Shown here one piece after another: positions 1-9,387 of a DNA stretch of 64,000 nt. Each line of letters starts with the position of its first letter. Position 1 is the first letter of the stretch. The DNA comes from Arenicellales bacterium. Its GTDB lineage: Bacteria; Pseudomonadota; Gammaproteobacteria; BMS3Bbin11. The notes beneath the pieces were generated by a model. The model did not search any database. It was given only the letters and a program-made list of their open reading frames with translations, and was not told where the DNA came from. The stretch is from positions 7,245 through 71,244 of the forward strand of contig JARFQE010000029.1 of assembly GCA_029287915.1 (NCBI GenBank). Reading direction: 5' to 3'. The position numbers and the translations under genes are program-made.

Positions 1-216
1 TTACTACCCGATGCCGGCCGCTTCACCTATCGGACGTCCCGTCAACTCACTGACAAGCTGAGTACTGCAATGAAAATATCTTTACAGGGTGCACAGGATA
101 TCTTCCGCAGCACACCGCTGGCTGATCGTTACCTGGCAGCGTGGCCGACTGGTAGTATGGTAATGTGGATCGCGATAATTCTTGGCGGATATTTGTTGCT
201 CGATCATTTTCTATAA
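1..216 (+). CDS. Partial (3' end) Na+/H+ antiporter subunit D (MrpD/PhaD-like)
   Basis: Open frame 1 from the window edge to TAA at 214-216; ends ...LAAWPTGSMVMWIAIILGGYLLLDHFL, resembling the WPTGSMV-LW hydrophobic tail of proteobacterial MrpD-type subunits. Only 71 residues are visible. Confidence 0.6.
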   Translation, partial: LLPDAGRFTYRTSRQLTDKLSTAMKISLQGAQDIFRSTPLADRYLAAWPTGSMVMWIAIILGGYLLLDHFL

Positions 217-321
217 CAGGCCCAGCAATTACTGGATGGTATATCTAAGAACGAGACCTGACCGGGACAAGGACATATAAACAAAGACATATAGAAATTA
301 CCTGATTTGATGGCTCAGCAA

Positions 322-1065
322 TCAGATAGATAGCAGCCTGCCTCCATCCACCGCGATGACCTGACCGGTCACGTAATCAGCCGAAGCCAGAAAAGCGACG
401 GTCTCTGCGATATCATCAGGACTGCCAATGCGTTCTAGGCTGGTGTTTTCAAGGATCTCCTTCTTACGTTCATCGGAAATGTCTGAGTCCGGCCAGATTA
501 TAGCGCCGGGTGACACGGCATTGACCCGGACCTCGGGACCCAGTTCGTTGGACAGTGATTTCGTCAGCATGATCAGGGCAGCCTTGGTCATCGAGTAAAC
601 AGGATGATCATGCAATGGGCGGTGTCCATAGACATCGGTGATATTAATGATACAACCCCTGTTTTTCTTCAGTTCAGCATGCAACGCCTGGGCGAGCAGG
701 AAGGGTGCGCGCATGTTCGTATTGACGAGGTTGTCCCATTGTGTCAGTGTCACCTCCCCAACCGGAGTAGGAAAGAATCGCGAGGCGTTATTGACCAGGA
801 CATCCAGTTGCCCGAAGCACTGGACTGCCTTAACTGCCAGCTCATTTATTGCTTCCGGCTCTGAGAGATTTGCCTTCAGCATGTCGGCGGATTCTGCTTT
901 TTGCCCGTTCAGTTCATCTACCAGTTTTTGTGCAGCATCCGACGATGAATGATAATGAATGATGACACGGTAGTTCCGCTGGTTCATATGCCGTGCAATG
1001 CAGGCACCTATGCGGTGGGCACTGCCGGTTATCAATACAACGGGATTGTTTTCTTTTTCTGACAT
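322..1065 (-). CDS. Pteridine reductase (FolM/PTR1-like SDR)
   Basis: TGSAHRIG Rossmann motif, NNAS, YSMTK catalytic motif, VNAVSPG. Start taken at MSEKEN (1065); the ORF track extends to 1083. Confidence 0.85.
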   Translation of the reverse strand: MSEKENNPVVLITGSAHRIGACIARHMNQRNYRVIIHYHSSSDAAQKLVDELNGQKAESADMLKANLSEPEAINELAVKAVQCFGQLDVLVNNASRFFPTPVGEVTLTQWDNLVNTNMRAPFLLAQALHAELKKNRGCIINITDVYGHRPLHDHPVYSMTKAALIMLTKSLSNELGPEVRVNAVSPGAIIWPDSDISDERKKEILENTSLERIGSPDDIAETVAFLASADYVTGQVIAVDGGRLLSI

Positions 1066-1067
1066 CG

Positions 1068-2258
1068 ATGAATTTTCCTCCACAGAATATAACAGGATTG
1101 CCAGAGCCAGATAAGGCCTCAGCGGAACATAGCCGCAAGCTGGCTGTGCTTATCCATCAGGTTATTGAAGAAAAAGGTGGTGCAATTCCATTTCGAGAGT
1201 TTATGGACCTTGCACTTTATGCACCGGCCCTGGGTTATTATGTTGCTGGTCAGCATCGATTTGGTGCCGATGGTGATTTTGTCACGGCGCCGGAACTCGG
1301 TGATGTTTTTGGTCGCTGCCTGGCTAAACAGGTGGCACAGGTTTTCCAGCGCATTGAAGGGGTTTGCGAAATTCTTGAATATGGTGCCGGCAGTGGCAAG
1401 CTGGCAGCGACACTGCTTGAGGAACTGGCATGTCTCGATGCCATGCCAGAACGCTACCTGATTCTGGAAACTTCACCGGATCTGCGACTGCGCCAGCAAC
1501 AAACGCTGAAGCAAAAAATACCACAGTATTTTGAACGTATTATCTGGCTGGACCGTATGCCAGAAATGGCTATTAGCGGCGTCATACTGGCCAATGAAGT
1601 ACTTGATGCGATGCCGGTGGAAATGTTTGCTGTTGATGACGAAGCTGTCGCACAACAATACCTTGTGAAATCTGCTGATAATGGCTTTCAGTGGGATAGC
1701 CGACAGGCGACGGGTGAACTTGCCGGGCAGATTGAAAAACTTGCGTTGCCTGCAGGTTACAGCAGCGAATTGAATCCTGCAGTTAATGGCTGGTTGGAGA
1801 TGCTTTCTGATGTACTGCAGCAAGGTATTGTTTTACTGATTGACTATGGCTTTCCGCGACATGAATATTATCATCCACAGCGAACGGGCGGTACGCTGAT
1901 GTGTCACTACCGGCATCATTCACATAGTGATCCACTAACACTGGTGGGTATCCAGGATATCACCGCGCATGTTGACTTTACAGCAGTTGCTGAAGCAGCC
2001 GTTGAAGCAGGCCTGGATGTGGTCGGATTTACCACACAGACAAATTTTCTGCTTGGCAGTGGCCTGGCAGATATCATCACAACCGAGAAAGCGGGTATTG
2101 AACATGTTGAGAAAAACCTGTTGAAGCTTAACCACGAAGTGCAATTATTGACATCCCCTGCAGAAATGGGTGAATTATTCAAGGTTATGGCCCTGGCTAA
2201 ACAATTTGATCATGAACTATCCGGTTTCAGCATCCGTGATATGCGAGGAAGGTTATAA
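1068..2258 (+). CDS. SAM-dependent methyltransferase, MidA/NDUFAF7 family
   Basis: FM..ALY.P..GYY, GDFVTAPEL, EYGAGSG, ANEVLDAMP, IDYG, QDITAHVDF and MGELFKV motifs. Start moved from 993 to the ATG at 1068 to avoid overlap with the opposite gene. Confidence 0.85.
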   Translation: MNFPPQNITGLPEPDKASAEHSRKLAVLIHQVIEEKGGAIPFREFMDLALYAPALGYYVAGQHRFGADGDFVTAPELGDVFGRCLAKQVAQVFQRIEGVCEILEYGAGSGKLAATLLEELACLDAMPERYLILETSPDLRLRQQQTLKQKIPQYFERIIWLDRMPEMAISGVILANEVLDAMPVEMFAVDDEAVAQQYLVKSADNGFQWDSRQATGELAGQIEKLALPAGYSSELNPAVNGWLEMLSDVLQQGIVLLIDYGFPRHEYYHPQRTGGTLMCHYRHHSHSDPLTLVGIQDITAHVDFTAVAEAAVEAGLDVVGFTTQTNFLLGSGLADIITTEKAGIEHVEKNLLKLNHEVQLLTSPAEMGELFKVMALAKQFDHELSGFSIRDMRGRL

Positions 2259-3055
2259 TGACAGATATTCAGGCCATCTGGCTTGCCGCCGTACAGGGCT
2301 TAACCGAGTTTCTGCCAATCTCCAGTTCGGCTCATCTGATTTTGTTACCCCGCCTGCTGGGCTGGCCTGACCAGGGACTGGCTTTTGATGTTGCCGTCCA
2401 TGTTGGTAGCCTGACGGCAGTACTATTCTATTTTCGACATGAACTGGTACCAATGATTCGTGACTGGAGTTTGACGCTGGCAGGCAGACCAAACACCGAA
2501 CACTCGAAGCTGGCATGGGCGGTAATCATAGGCACTATCCCGCTCGGTATTGGCGGGGTACTGATGAAGGTGGCTGTCGGCGGCGAATTAAGGTCGCCCC
2601 TGGTGATCGCTACGACGACAATAATTTTTGGTCTGCTTCTGGGATGGGCTGATCATGTCGGTAAAAGACAACGGGATGAACATTCGCTGAAGTGGCAAGA
2701 TGCCCTGCTAATTGGGGGTTCCCAGATACTGGCATTGATACCCGGTACTTCACGCTCTGGCATTACCATTACCACCGGTCTGTTGCTGGGCCTGTCTCGT
2801 ACCGCGGCAGCTCGATTCTCGTTTCTGCTCTCAATTCCAGCTATTGTTTTACCCGGGCTTCTGCTCGGTGCTGATCTCGTTGAATCAGCTGAACCTGTAC
2901 ACTGGCGCAGCTTTACAATAGGCGTCATCTGTTCCGCACTGTTTGCCTATATCTGTATTCGATTGTTTCTTTCGCTGATTCAGCGTGTGGGAATGACAGT
3001 ATTTGTGGTTTATCGCCTGCTGCTGGGTGCGTTTTTGTTCTATTTATTTTTATAA
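2258..3055 (+). CDS. uppP: Undecaprenyl-diphosphate phosphatase
   Basis: QGLTEFLPISSSAH and PGTSRSG motifs; multi-TM protein; 1-nt TAATG overlap with the upstream gene. Confidence 0.95.
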   Translation: MTDIQAIWLAAVQGLTEFLPISSSAHLILLPRLLGWPDQGLAFDVAVHVGSLTAVLFYFRHELVPMIRDWSLTLAGRPNTEHSKLAWAVIIGTIPLGIGGVLMKVAVGGELRSPLVIATTTIIFGLLLGWADHVGKRQRDEHSLKWQDALLIGGSQILALIPGTSRSGITITTGLLLGLSRTAAARFSFLLSIPAIVLPGLLLGADLVESAEPVHWRSFTIGVICSALFAYICIRLFLSLIQRVGMTVFVVYRLLLGAFLFYLFL

Positions 3056-3748
3056 AATCGCCCTGGCGACCACTATTCCGCTCACGCTCGCTGCACCAGC
3101 CATTTTAAGCGCTGATGAAATCGCTTCCAGTGTGGAGCCAGTGGTCATTACATCATCCACGATACAGATGTGACGATCTTTAACGTCAGTTGTAATAGCA
3201 AATGCCTGTTTCAGGTTGTGTCGCCGTTCACTGGCTTTCAAGCCGGTTTGCAGTGGGGTTTTTATGGCTCGACTGCAAACTCGATGATCAATGGGTATGT
3301 TGGTGAGCCTGGAAAGATGTTTTGTCAGTTCCCAGGCCTGGTTGTATCCACGCTTGCGCAGACGGCTACTATGCAGAGGAACAGGGATAATTAATTCTGG
3401 CTGCTCAGCCAGTATTTCTATTTTTTCTGCTATCAATGCACTAAACAGTCGGGCGTACTCAAGCTTTCGGTTGAATTTAAACTGCTGGACCAGAAATTTA
3501 ACTGGCTCCTGATAGAGAAACAGGGCGTGTACCTGGTTATAGGCTGGTTGATGCTGCTGACATTTACCGCAGGGCACTGCACTGGTGACTGGCAGAGCAC
3601 AAACCGGGCACGCATTGATGATTACTGGTAGTTCGTTTTGACAGGGCCGACAAAGAGGAAAGCGTCTGTTGGTCGGTGCATTGCAGAGCCCGCATGACAC
3701 AGGCAGCAGGAAATTCAGTAGCTGTTGCGCGCTAAAGTTGTAAACCAT
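3050..3748 (-). CDS. comF: ComF family protein (double Zn ribbon plus PRTase domain)
   Basis: CGLC/CRPC/CPVC/CGKC pairs, RGYNQ, VDDVMTTGST. Start placed at MVYNF (3748); the ORF track start at 3841 would overlap bioB. Confidence 0.9.
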   Translation of the reverse strand: MVYNFSAQQLLNFLLPVSCGLCNAPTNRRFPLCRPCQNELPVIINACPVCALPVTSAVPCGKCQQHQPAYNQVHALFLYQEPVKFLVQQFKFNRKLEYARLFSALIAEKIEILAEQPELIIPVPLHSSRLRKRGYNQAWELTKHLSRLTNIPIDHRVCSRAIKTPLQTGLKASERRHNLKQAFAITTDVKDRHICIVDDVMTTGSTLEAISSALKMAGAASVSGIVVARAIL

Positions 3749-3770
3749 CCTTGGTTCTCCAGGTTGACAA
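3738..3770. promoter_or_regulatory. BirA operator (bioO)
   Basis: TTGTAAACC-N15-GGTTGACAA matches the proteobacterial BirA consensus TTGTAAACC-N14-16-GGTTTACAA and lies 70 nt upstream of bioB; the right half contains TTGACA. Confidence 0.9.
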
Positions 3771-3839
3771 TCAAAGTCGAAAAACTGAGACTTCGAAACC
3801 AGTATACGTCCTGAACCAATTATAGGGTGAAGAATTACC

Positions 3840-4895
3840 ATGAGTAAATCGCAACAAACGACGCAAGCTGTACGACACGACTGGCAACGTGAGGAAGTGC
3901 AGACACTTTTTGATCTGCCGCTGAATGATTTGCTGTTTCATGCGCAAACAGTACACCGTCAGCATTTTGATCCCAATGCCATTCAGCTCAGCACATTGCT
4001 TAATATTAAAACAGGGGCCTGTGCAGAGGACTGTTCCTATTGTTCACAGAGCGTAGTGCATGACACCTCTCTGAAGGTTGAGCCATTGATGAATGAGGCC
4101 ACTGTTATGGAAAGTGCCATCGAAGCAAAGAAAAATGGCGCCAGCCGGTTTTGTATGGGCGCTGCGTGGCGCTCACCAACACCAAAAGGCTTTGAACGTA
4201 TCCTGAAAATCATCAGCGGTGTTAAATCACTGGGTCTCGAGACCTGCGCTACGCTGGGCATGCTAAGTAGTGAGCAGGCACACCAGCTAAAGCAAGCCGG
4301 TCTCGATTATTACAACCACAATCTCGATACCTCTGCAGAATACTATGGCAAGGTGATTACTACACGTAGCTACCAGGACAGGCTGGATACACTTTCCTTT
4401 GTGCGGGATGCCGGTATGAAAGTCTGTTGTGGCGGTATTGTTGGTATGGGTGAAGAGCAGACAGACCGGGTGGGCTTGTTGCTGACACTGGCCAATCTGG
4501 AGCAGCATCCGGAAAGCGTGCCGGTTAACCTGCTGGTAAAGATCGAAGGAACACCTCTGGCTGACACTGAGGAGCTGGATATATTCGAATTTATTCGCTG
4601 TATCGCTGTTGCAAGGATATTGATGCCGCAGTCTCTGGTAAGGCTATCTGCTGGCCGGCAAAGTCTGTCGGATGAAGCACAGGCTATGTGTTTTCTGGCA
4701 GGGGCAAACTCCATTTTCTATGGTGAACGATTACTAACCACTGAAAATCCGCAAGCAGATGTTGACAGGTTGCTGTTTGATCGTCTGGGTCTGCATACTA
4801 TGGAATCAGATCAGCAAGCCGAAGTGGCGGGCGACGAGAAAAATAGTTCTGACCCCACTGCGTCTTCTGCGAGAAATGGGTCTTTGGTTTTATGA
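3840..4895 (+). CDS. bioB: Biotin synthase
   Basis: CAEDCSYC radical SAM motif, [29 protein letters not shown]. Confidence 0.97.
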   Translation: MSKSQQTTQAVRHDWQREEVQTLFDLPLNDLLFHAQTVHRQHFDPNAIQLSTLLNIKTGACAEDCSYCSQSVVHDTSLKVEPLMNEATVMESAIEAKKNGASRFCMGAAWRSPTPKGFERILKIISGVKSLGLETCATLGMLSSEQAHQLKQAGLDYYNHNLDTSAEYYGKVITTRSYQDRLDTLSFVRDAGMKVCCGGIVGMGEEQTDRVGLLLTLANLEQHPESVPVNLLVKIEGTPLADTEELDIFEFIRCIAVARILMPQSLVRLSAGRQSLSDEAQAMCFLAGANSIFYGERLLTTENPQADVDRLLFDRLGLHTMESDQQAEVAGDEKNSSDPTASSARNGSLVL

Positions 4896-4934
4896 TTAAA
4901 ACGTAAAACTTTTATAACCTGGCAATGAAGCACA

Positions 4935-6116
4935 ATGTTTGACTTGGCCAGCCAGCTGCTGGCGCGTAAAAAAGCCGGCCTCTACCGCAGCCGACTGACC
5001 AGCAGCAGCCCTCAGGGAGTGCATGTCGAAATCGACGGTAAAGAGTACCTGTCATTCTGTAGTAACGATTATCTTGGACTGGCCGCACATCCACAGTTGA
5101 TACATGCCATCTGTGAATGTGCCAGCAGCTGGGGTGCGGGTGCCGGTGCCTCGCATCTGTTAGGTGGTCATAGTGAACCTCATGAGATGCTGGAGCAGGC
5201 CCTTGCAGCTTTTATGGGAACTGATCGTGCGCTGTTGTTCTCAACCGGCTACATGGCAAATCTTGCCGTGCTGACTGCGCTGGTAGGGCGTGGTGATGTC
5301 ATTCATCAGGACAGACTGAATCATGCTTCGCTGATTGACGGCGCGCTGTTATCACGGGCCAGTTTAAAGCGCTACCGCCATGCCGATATGCAGGATTTAC
5401 AGGGACAGCTTGCGAATATAACTGCTGACAGAAGAATTGTCGCCAGTGATGGCGTATTCAGCATGGATGGTGATCTCGCACCACTAACGCAGATACTGGA
5501 ACTGTGTCGAAACAACGGCGCACTTTGCTATGTCGATGATGCCCATGGATTCGGCGTGCTGGGTGATAAAGGAAGAGGTATCGTCGAGGTAAATAATGTC
5601 AGTTGTAGAGACTATGACGATGGCCATCTATTATCGATGTGTACCCTGGGCAAGGCGATGGGAAGCTTTGGGGCATTTGTTGCAGGCAGTGATGAAATAA
5701 TTGAAACACTGATTCAGCATGGTCGCAGTTATATCTACACCACTGCCTTACCGCCTGCCATTGCTGCAGCGAGTTACGCAGCTCTCGAGGTGATCAGTGC
5801 AGAAGGCTGGCGGCGACAGAAGCTGACCGGCCTGGTTGATTATTTCAGATCGGCCTGCCGGCAGCGAAATATTCCGGTGATGGATTCATCGAGCCCGATA
5901 CAGCCCGTCCTCATTAGAGACAATGATCAGGCTGTGGCGATTGCCGAGCGACTGAAACAACTTGGACTACTGGTCTTTGCCATTCGCAGCCCCACTGTCG
6001 CAGCGGGAAGTGAACGCTTGCGGATTACCTTAAGCGCGGCTCACAAGGAGACTGATATTGATGCATTGCTTGATGCCCTGGCGAATATCATGGAAGACTT
6101 GAGTGCAATATCATGA
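4935..6116 (+). CDS. bioF: 8-amino-7-oxononanoate synthase
   Basis: FCSNDYLGL, NHASLIDG, DGVFSMDGD, VDDAHGFG, TLGKA PLP lysine; position in the operon. Confidence 0.95.
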   Translation: MFDLASQLLARKKAGLYRSRLTSSSPQGVHVEIDGKEYLSFCSNDYLGLAAHPQLIHAICECASSWGAGAGASHLLGGHSEPHEMLEQALAAFMGTDRALLFSTGYMANLAVLTALVGRGDVIHQDRLNHASLIDGALLSRASLKRYRHADMQDLQGQLANITADRRIVASDGVFSMDGDLAPLTQILELCRNNGALCYVDDAHGFGVLGDKGRGIVEVNNVSCRDYDDGHLLSMCTLGKAMGSFGAFVAGSDEIIETLIQHGRSYIYTTALPPAIAAASYAALEVISAEGWRRQKLTGLVDYFRSACRQRNIPVMDSSSPIQPVLIRDNDQAVAIAERLKQLGLLVFAIRSPTVAAGSERLRITLSAAHKETDIDALLDALANIMEDLSAIS

Positions 6117-6808
6117 GACGAGTCCTGATGTTTCATGGTTGGGGGTTTCCAGCGGCGATATTTTCTTCGCTTATAGACGATTTAACACCAGGTTTTGTCG
6201 TTGAAACACCAGGCCGGACAGGTTATGGCACACCGCATGAACAGTCAGCGGGTACGATAGCTGTTTCTTTGCAGTCGCCGACATTGCTAATTGGCTGGTC
6301 TCTTGGTGGACAGGACGCGCTGAAGCTTAGTCTGCAGCAACCCGAGTTGGTTAGTGGGGTGGTGTTACTGGCGACGACACCGTGTTTTGTTAATCAACCA
6401 GGCTGGAACGCAGGCATGGATCAGGCAGTTTTTGATGCCTTTCGCCAACAGATGATCGATGATCCGCTAGCGGCGATGCAGCAGTTTGTGCGTTTAAACG
6501 CGGGTGATAGAGCCGATCGCCAGAGCAGAGCGCGGCTCAGTGAACTATCTGTTGGTGTTGCGCCGTCTGTTTTGCTGAATGGGCTCGATGAGCTTGAGAA
6601 TACAGATCTGCGTGATTCGGTGAGTGAGATAAAGGCCCCTGTTTTAATTTTACATGCCGTAGATGATCGAATAGTTCCAGTTGCTGCCAGTTACTGGTTG
6701 CAGCGGAATTTGCCGAATGCCAGATTAGTAGAGTTTCCACATGGTGGCCATGCATTTTTTCTTCAGCACACCAATAAAATAGCCGATTTGGTCAGGGCAA
6801 TGGCATGA
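6113..6808 (+). CDS. bioH: Pimeloyl-ACP methyl ester carboxylesterase
   Basis: HGWG, GWSLGG nucleophile elbow, GHAFF; lies between bioF and bioC with ATGA overlaps. Confidence 0.85.
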   Translation: MRRVLMFHGWGFPAAIFSSLIDDLTPGFVVETPGRTGYGTPHEQSAGTIAVSLQSPTLLIGWSLGGQDALKLSLQQPELVSGVVLLATTPCFVNQPGWNAGMDQAVFDAFRQQMIDDPLAAMQQFVRLNAGDRADRQSRARLSELSVGVAPSVLLNGLDELENTDLRDSVSEIKAPVLILHAVDDRIVPVAASYWLQRNLPNARLVEFPHGGHAFFLQHTNKIADLVRAMA

Positions 6809-7671
6809 GCAGTCAACTGAATAATCAAAACAGGATTAATGCAGGCTTCGACAGGGCTGCCGGGACTTATGATGAGTACGCTGTATTACAGCGTAAGGTG
6901 GCTGAAGAGATGCTTGAGCGGCTGCAGGTGATTAAGATCTCGCCCAGCTATGTCATCGATGTCGGCTGTGGAACCGGTTTTTGCACGCGTCAGTTGCACA
7001 AGATCTGGAGCAGGGCACATATACTTGGGATTGATCTTGCTGCCGGGATGGTTCACCAGGCCAGTGCTCAGAAAGGCTGGTTCAGTAAACAGGCCTATTG
7101 CCAGGCCGATGCAGCTTTCCTTCCTGTTGGCGATGCAGCTATAGATATCGTTTTCTCCAATCTGATGCTGCAGTGGTGCGAGCCGTTAGCCGTGTTTACT
7201 GAGTTTCGACGTGTGCTAAATGATAATGGTCTATTAATGTTTTCAAGTTTTGGCCCGGATACGCTTAAAGAATTACGTCAGGCCTGGGCGGCGATTGACG
7301 ATCGACCTCACGTGATTGATTTCGCAGATATGCATGACCATGGTGATGCGCTGCTGCAAGTTGGATTTCGCGAACCGGTAATGGATGCTGATCGTTTTAC
7401 ACTCACCTACAGCGATGTGCTCGGGTTGCTGCGTGATCTGCATGGTATCGGATCAAGAAATACCATGGCAGGTCGCAGGACCGGACTGATGGGACGTGAT
7501 GTTGTACACAGGCTGGAACAAGCCTACCGCCAGTTTGCTGATAATGAACAGCGCCTGCCGGCAAGTTACGAAGTGGTTTATGGTCATGCCTGGTCCGGTG
7601 GCAGGCAGATAGCAACTCATCAACAAGGTACAGTACATAAAAATATAGACCTTCTCAGGCCGCCCCAATGA
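6805..7671 (+). CDS. bioC: Malonyl-ACP O-methyltransferase
   Basis: FDRAAGTYD, DVGCGTG, SNLMLQW, FGPDTLKELR, HDHGDALL, YEVVYGHAW. Confidence 0.95.
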   Translation: MSSQLNNQNRINAGFDRAAGTYDEYAVLQRKVAEEMLERLQVIKISPSYVIDVGCGTGFCTRQLHKIWSRAHILGIDLAAGMVHQASAQKGWFSKQAYCQADAAFLPVGDAAIDIVFSNLMLQWCEPLAVFTEFRRVLNDNGLLMFSSFGPDTLKELRQAWAAIDDRPHVIDFADMHDHGDALLQVGFREPVMDADRFTLTYSDVLGLLRDLHGIGSRNTMAGRRTGLMGRDVVHRLEQAYRQFADNEQRLPASYEVVYGHAWSGGRQIATHQQGTVHKNIDLLRPPQ

Positions 7672-8339
7672 TTCAAGGCTTTTTCGTCACCGGAACCGAT
7701 ACCGGGGTTGGAAAAACGCTGATATCTACGGCGTTGATTCATGTTCTGCGCCGTCTGGGTTTACGAGTTTCCGGTATGAAACCGGTTGCCAGCGGCTGTA
7801 TCGACACTGATTATGGTCGAAGAAATGAAGATGCCGACCGGCTGCTCGAGGCAGCTAATGTTTCCGCTGATTATGATTTGATATGCCCATATCGTTTTAT
7901 GCCACCGATTGCCCCGCATATAGCCGCACAGCAAGAAGGCATTGATATCAAAACTGAGCAGATTTTGCAGTGTTACCAAAAGCTACAGTCCTGTTCGGAT
8001 GCTGTGGTAGTTGAAGGTGTCGGTGGCTGGCAGGTGCCAATCAAAGAGGATCAATTCATGTCAGACCTGGCAGTCGAAGCCGGGCTGCCGGTAATAATAG
8101 TCGTGGGTGTACGCCTTGGCTGTATCAACCATGCACTGCTGACAGCCGCAAGTGTCCTTGCCAGTGGATTGCCGGTAGCTGGCTGGGTGTTCAACCAGCT
8201 TGATCCCGACATGCAGCAGCTTGATGCAGTGAAACAGACTTTACAGGCTTATATGCCGGGAACTATGTTGGCGGAGATACCCTTCCAGGATGACCCGGAT
8301 GTTGAAGCAATCGCCAGAAGTTTTCAGCTTTCCAAGTAA
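7668..8339 (+). CDS. bioD: Dethiobiotin synthase
   Basis: TGTDTGVGKT, KPVASG, VEGVGGW, LGCINHALLT. Confidence 0.95.
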   Translation: MIQGFFVTGTDTGVGKTLISTALIHVLRRLGLRVSGMKPVASGCIDTDYGRRNEDADRLLEAANVSADYDLICPYRFMPPIAPHIAAQQEGIDIKTEQILQCYQKLQSCSDAVVVEGVGGWQVPIKEDQFMSDLAVEAGLPVIIVVGVRLGCINHALLTAASVLASGLPVAGWVFNQLDPDMQQLDAVKQTLQAYMPGTMLAEIPFQDDPDVEAIARSFQLSK

Positions 8340-8374
8340 TTTGTGATACTTAAATCGTAAAAAAAAGATGTTTT

Positions 8375-8719
8375 CTAGAACGTCCGTTTATCCCAGCCCC
8401 ACATGTGCCGTTCAGGCCCGCTGAATTCTATATAAATTCTATTAGTTGGGATCCCCGTCTGCTGGTTGAGAAAATTACAAAGAGATTCTGAAAACTCTGC
8501 TGTTTGCTGCTCCGGCAGGCCCAGTGACTTCAGATGCATCATTGCACAGGGTGCAGAGTCGCCTGCAAAACTCATGGTTCTACCGTGTTGAACGGCTACC
8601 ATTACATAACTCTCGGGTTTGCCGAGTAACTTGGACACATGTGTCGATGCTTTATTACACAATGTCTGTGCTGCCTGATCATCGAGTGATATATTGGTAC
8701 CGATTGTAAGTAGTGGCAT
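8375..8719 (-). CDS. MIF-like phenylpyruvate tautomerase family protein
   Basis: N-terminal Met-Pro, GKPESYVMV, KSLG, RIYIEF, WGW..TF C-terminus; 114 aa. Confidence 0.85.
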   Translation of the reverse strand: MPLLTIGTNISLDDQAAQTLCNKASTHVSKLLGKPESYVMVAVQHGRTMSFAGDSAPCAMMHLKSLGLPEQQTAEFSESLCNFLNQQTGIPTNRIYIEFSGPERHMWGWDKRTF

Positions 8720-8752
8720 AACAGGCTCCTGACAGGAAAGAGTTAACGAATT

Positions 8753-9349
8753 ATGAAGGAATACGCACCCGCCTGCGACCGCAACCAGCAGGTGATCCTT
8801 GATGTACTTGAGCAGATTTTAACGCGTTCAAGTTTTGTATTGGAAATTGGTTCAGGAACTGGTCAGCATGCTGTTTATTTCGCGGACGCTCTCGGTCATC
8901 TTAACTGGCAACCCACAAACAAAGAGCCATTGGACAGTATTCATGCGTGGCGAGACGAAGCTAATCTGGAAAACCTGTTAGCGCCAGCATCTCTTGATCT
9001 ACTGGATCTGCATAATTCCACAGTAGACACTACGAAGGTCGATGCAATCGTCTGTATCAATACCATCCATATTATGGCATGGCAGGGAACGGAGAATTTA
9101 TTTTCTCTGGCTACCAATGTTTTACCTGTTGGCGGCCTGATTTATGTCTATGGGCCCTACCGGTATTCAGATCGTCCACTTGAGCCGAGTAATGAGAACT
9201 TTGACCTGTGGTTGAAAGAACGGGATCCTGTCAGTGGCATTCGGCATTTTGATGAAGTCAATAAACTGGCACAACGAGGAGGTTTGGAACTTGAAGGTGA
9301 TATGGCTATGCCTGCTAACAATCGTTCCATATGGTGGCGAAAAAGCTAG
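8753..9349 (+). CDS. DUF938 family methyltransferase-like protein
   Basis: APACDRN, LEIGSGTGQHA, WQPT, INTIHI, YGPY, SNENFDLWL..RDP..GIR, MPANN. Confidence 0.85.
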   Translation: MKEYAPACDRNQQVILDVLEQILTRSSFVLEIGSGTGQHAVYFADALGHLNWQPTNKEPLDSIHAWRDEANLENLLAPASLDLLDLHNSTVDTTKVDAIVCINTIHIMAWQGTENLFSLATNVLPVGGLIYVYGPYRYSDRPLEPSNENFDLWLKERDPVSGIRHFDEVNKLAQRGGLELEGDMAMPANNRSIWWRKS

Positions 9350-9387
9350 TGCACCGTTGCCTGTCACGGCAGACACTGAGGAACGAG

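Noticed and set aside
3749-3841. Longer comF ORF whose start overlaps the bioB ATG
   Set aside because: The extension runs through the BirA operator and bioB promoter region and does not look like ComF; MVYNF is the more plausible start.
3840-8339. Absence of bioA from the bio operon
   Set aside because: bioBFHCD with a separate bioA is the ordinary Pseudomonas-type layout.
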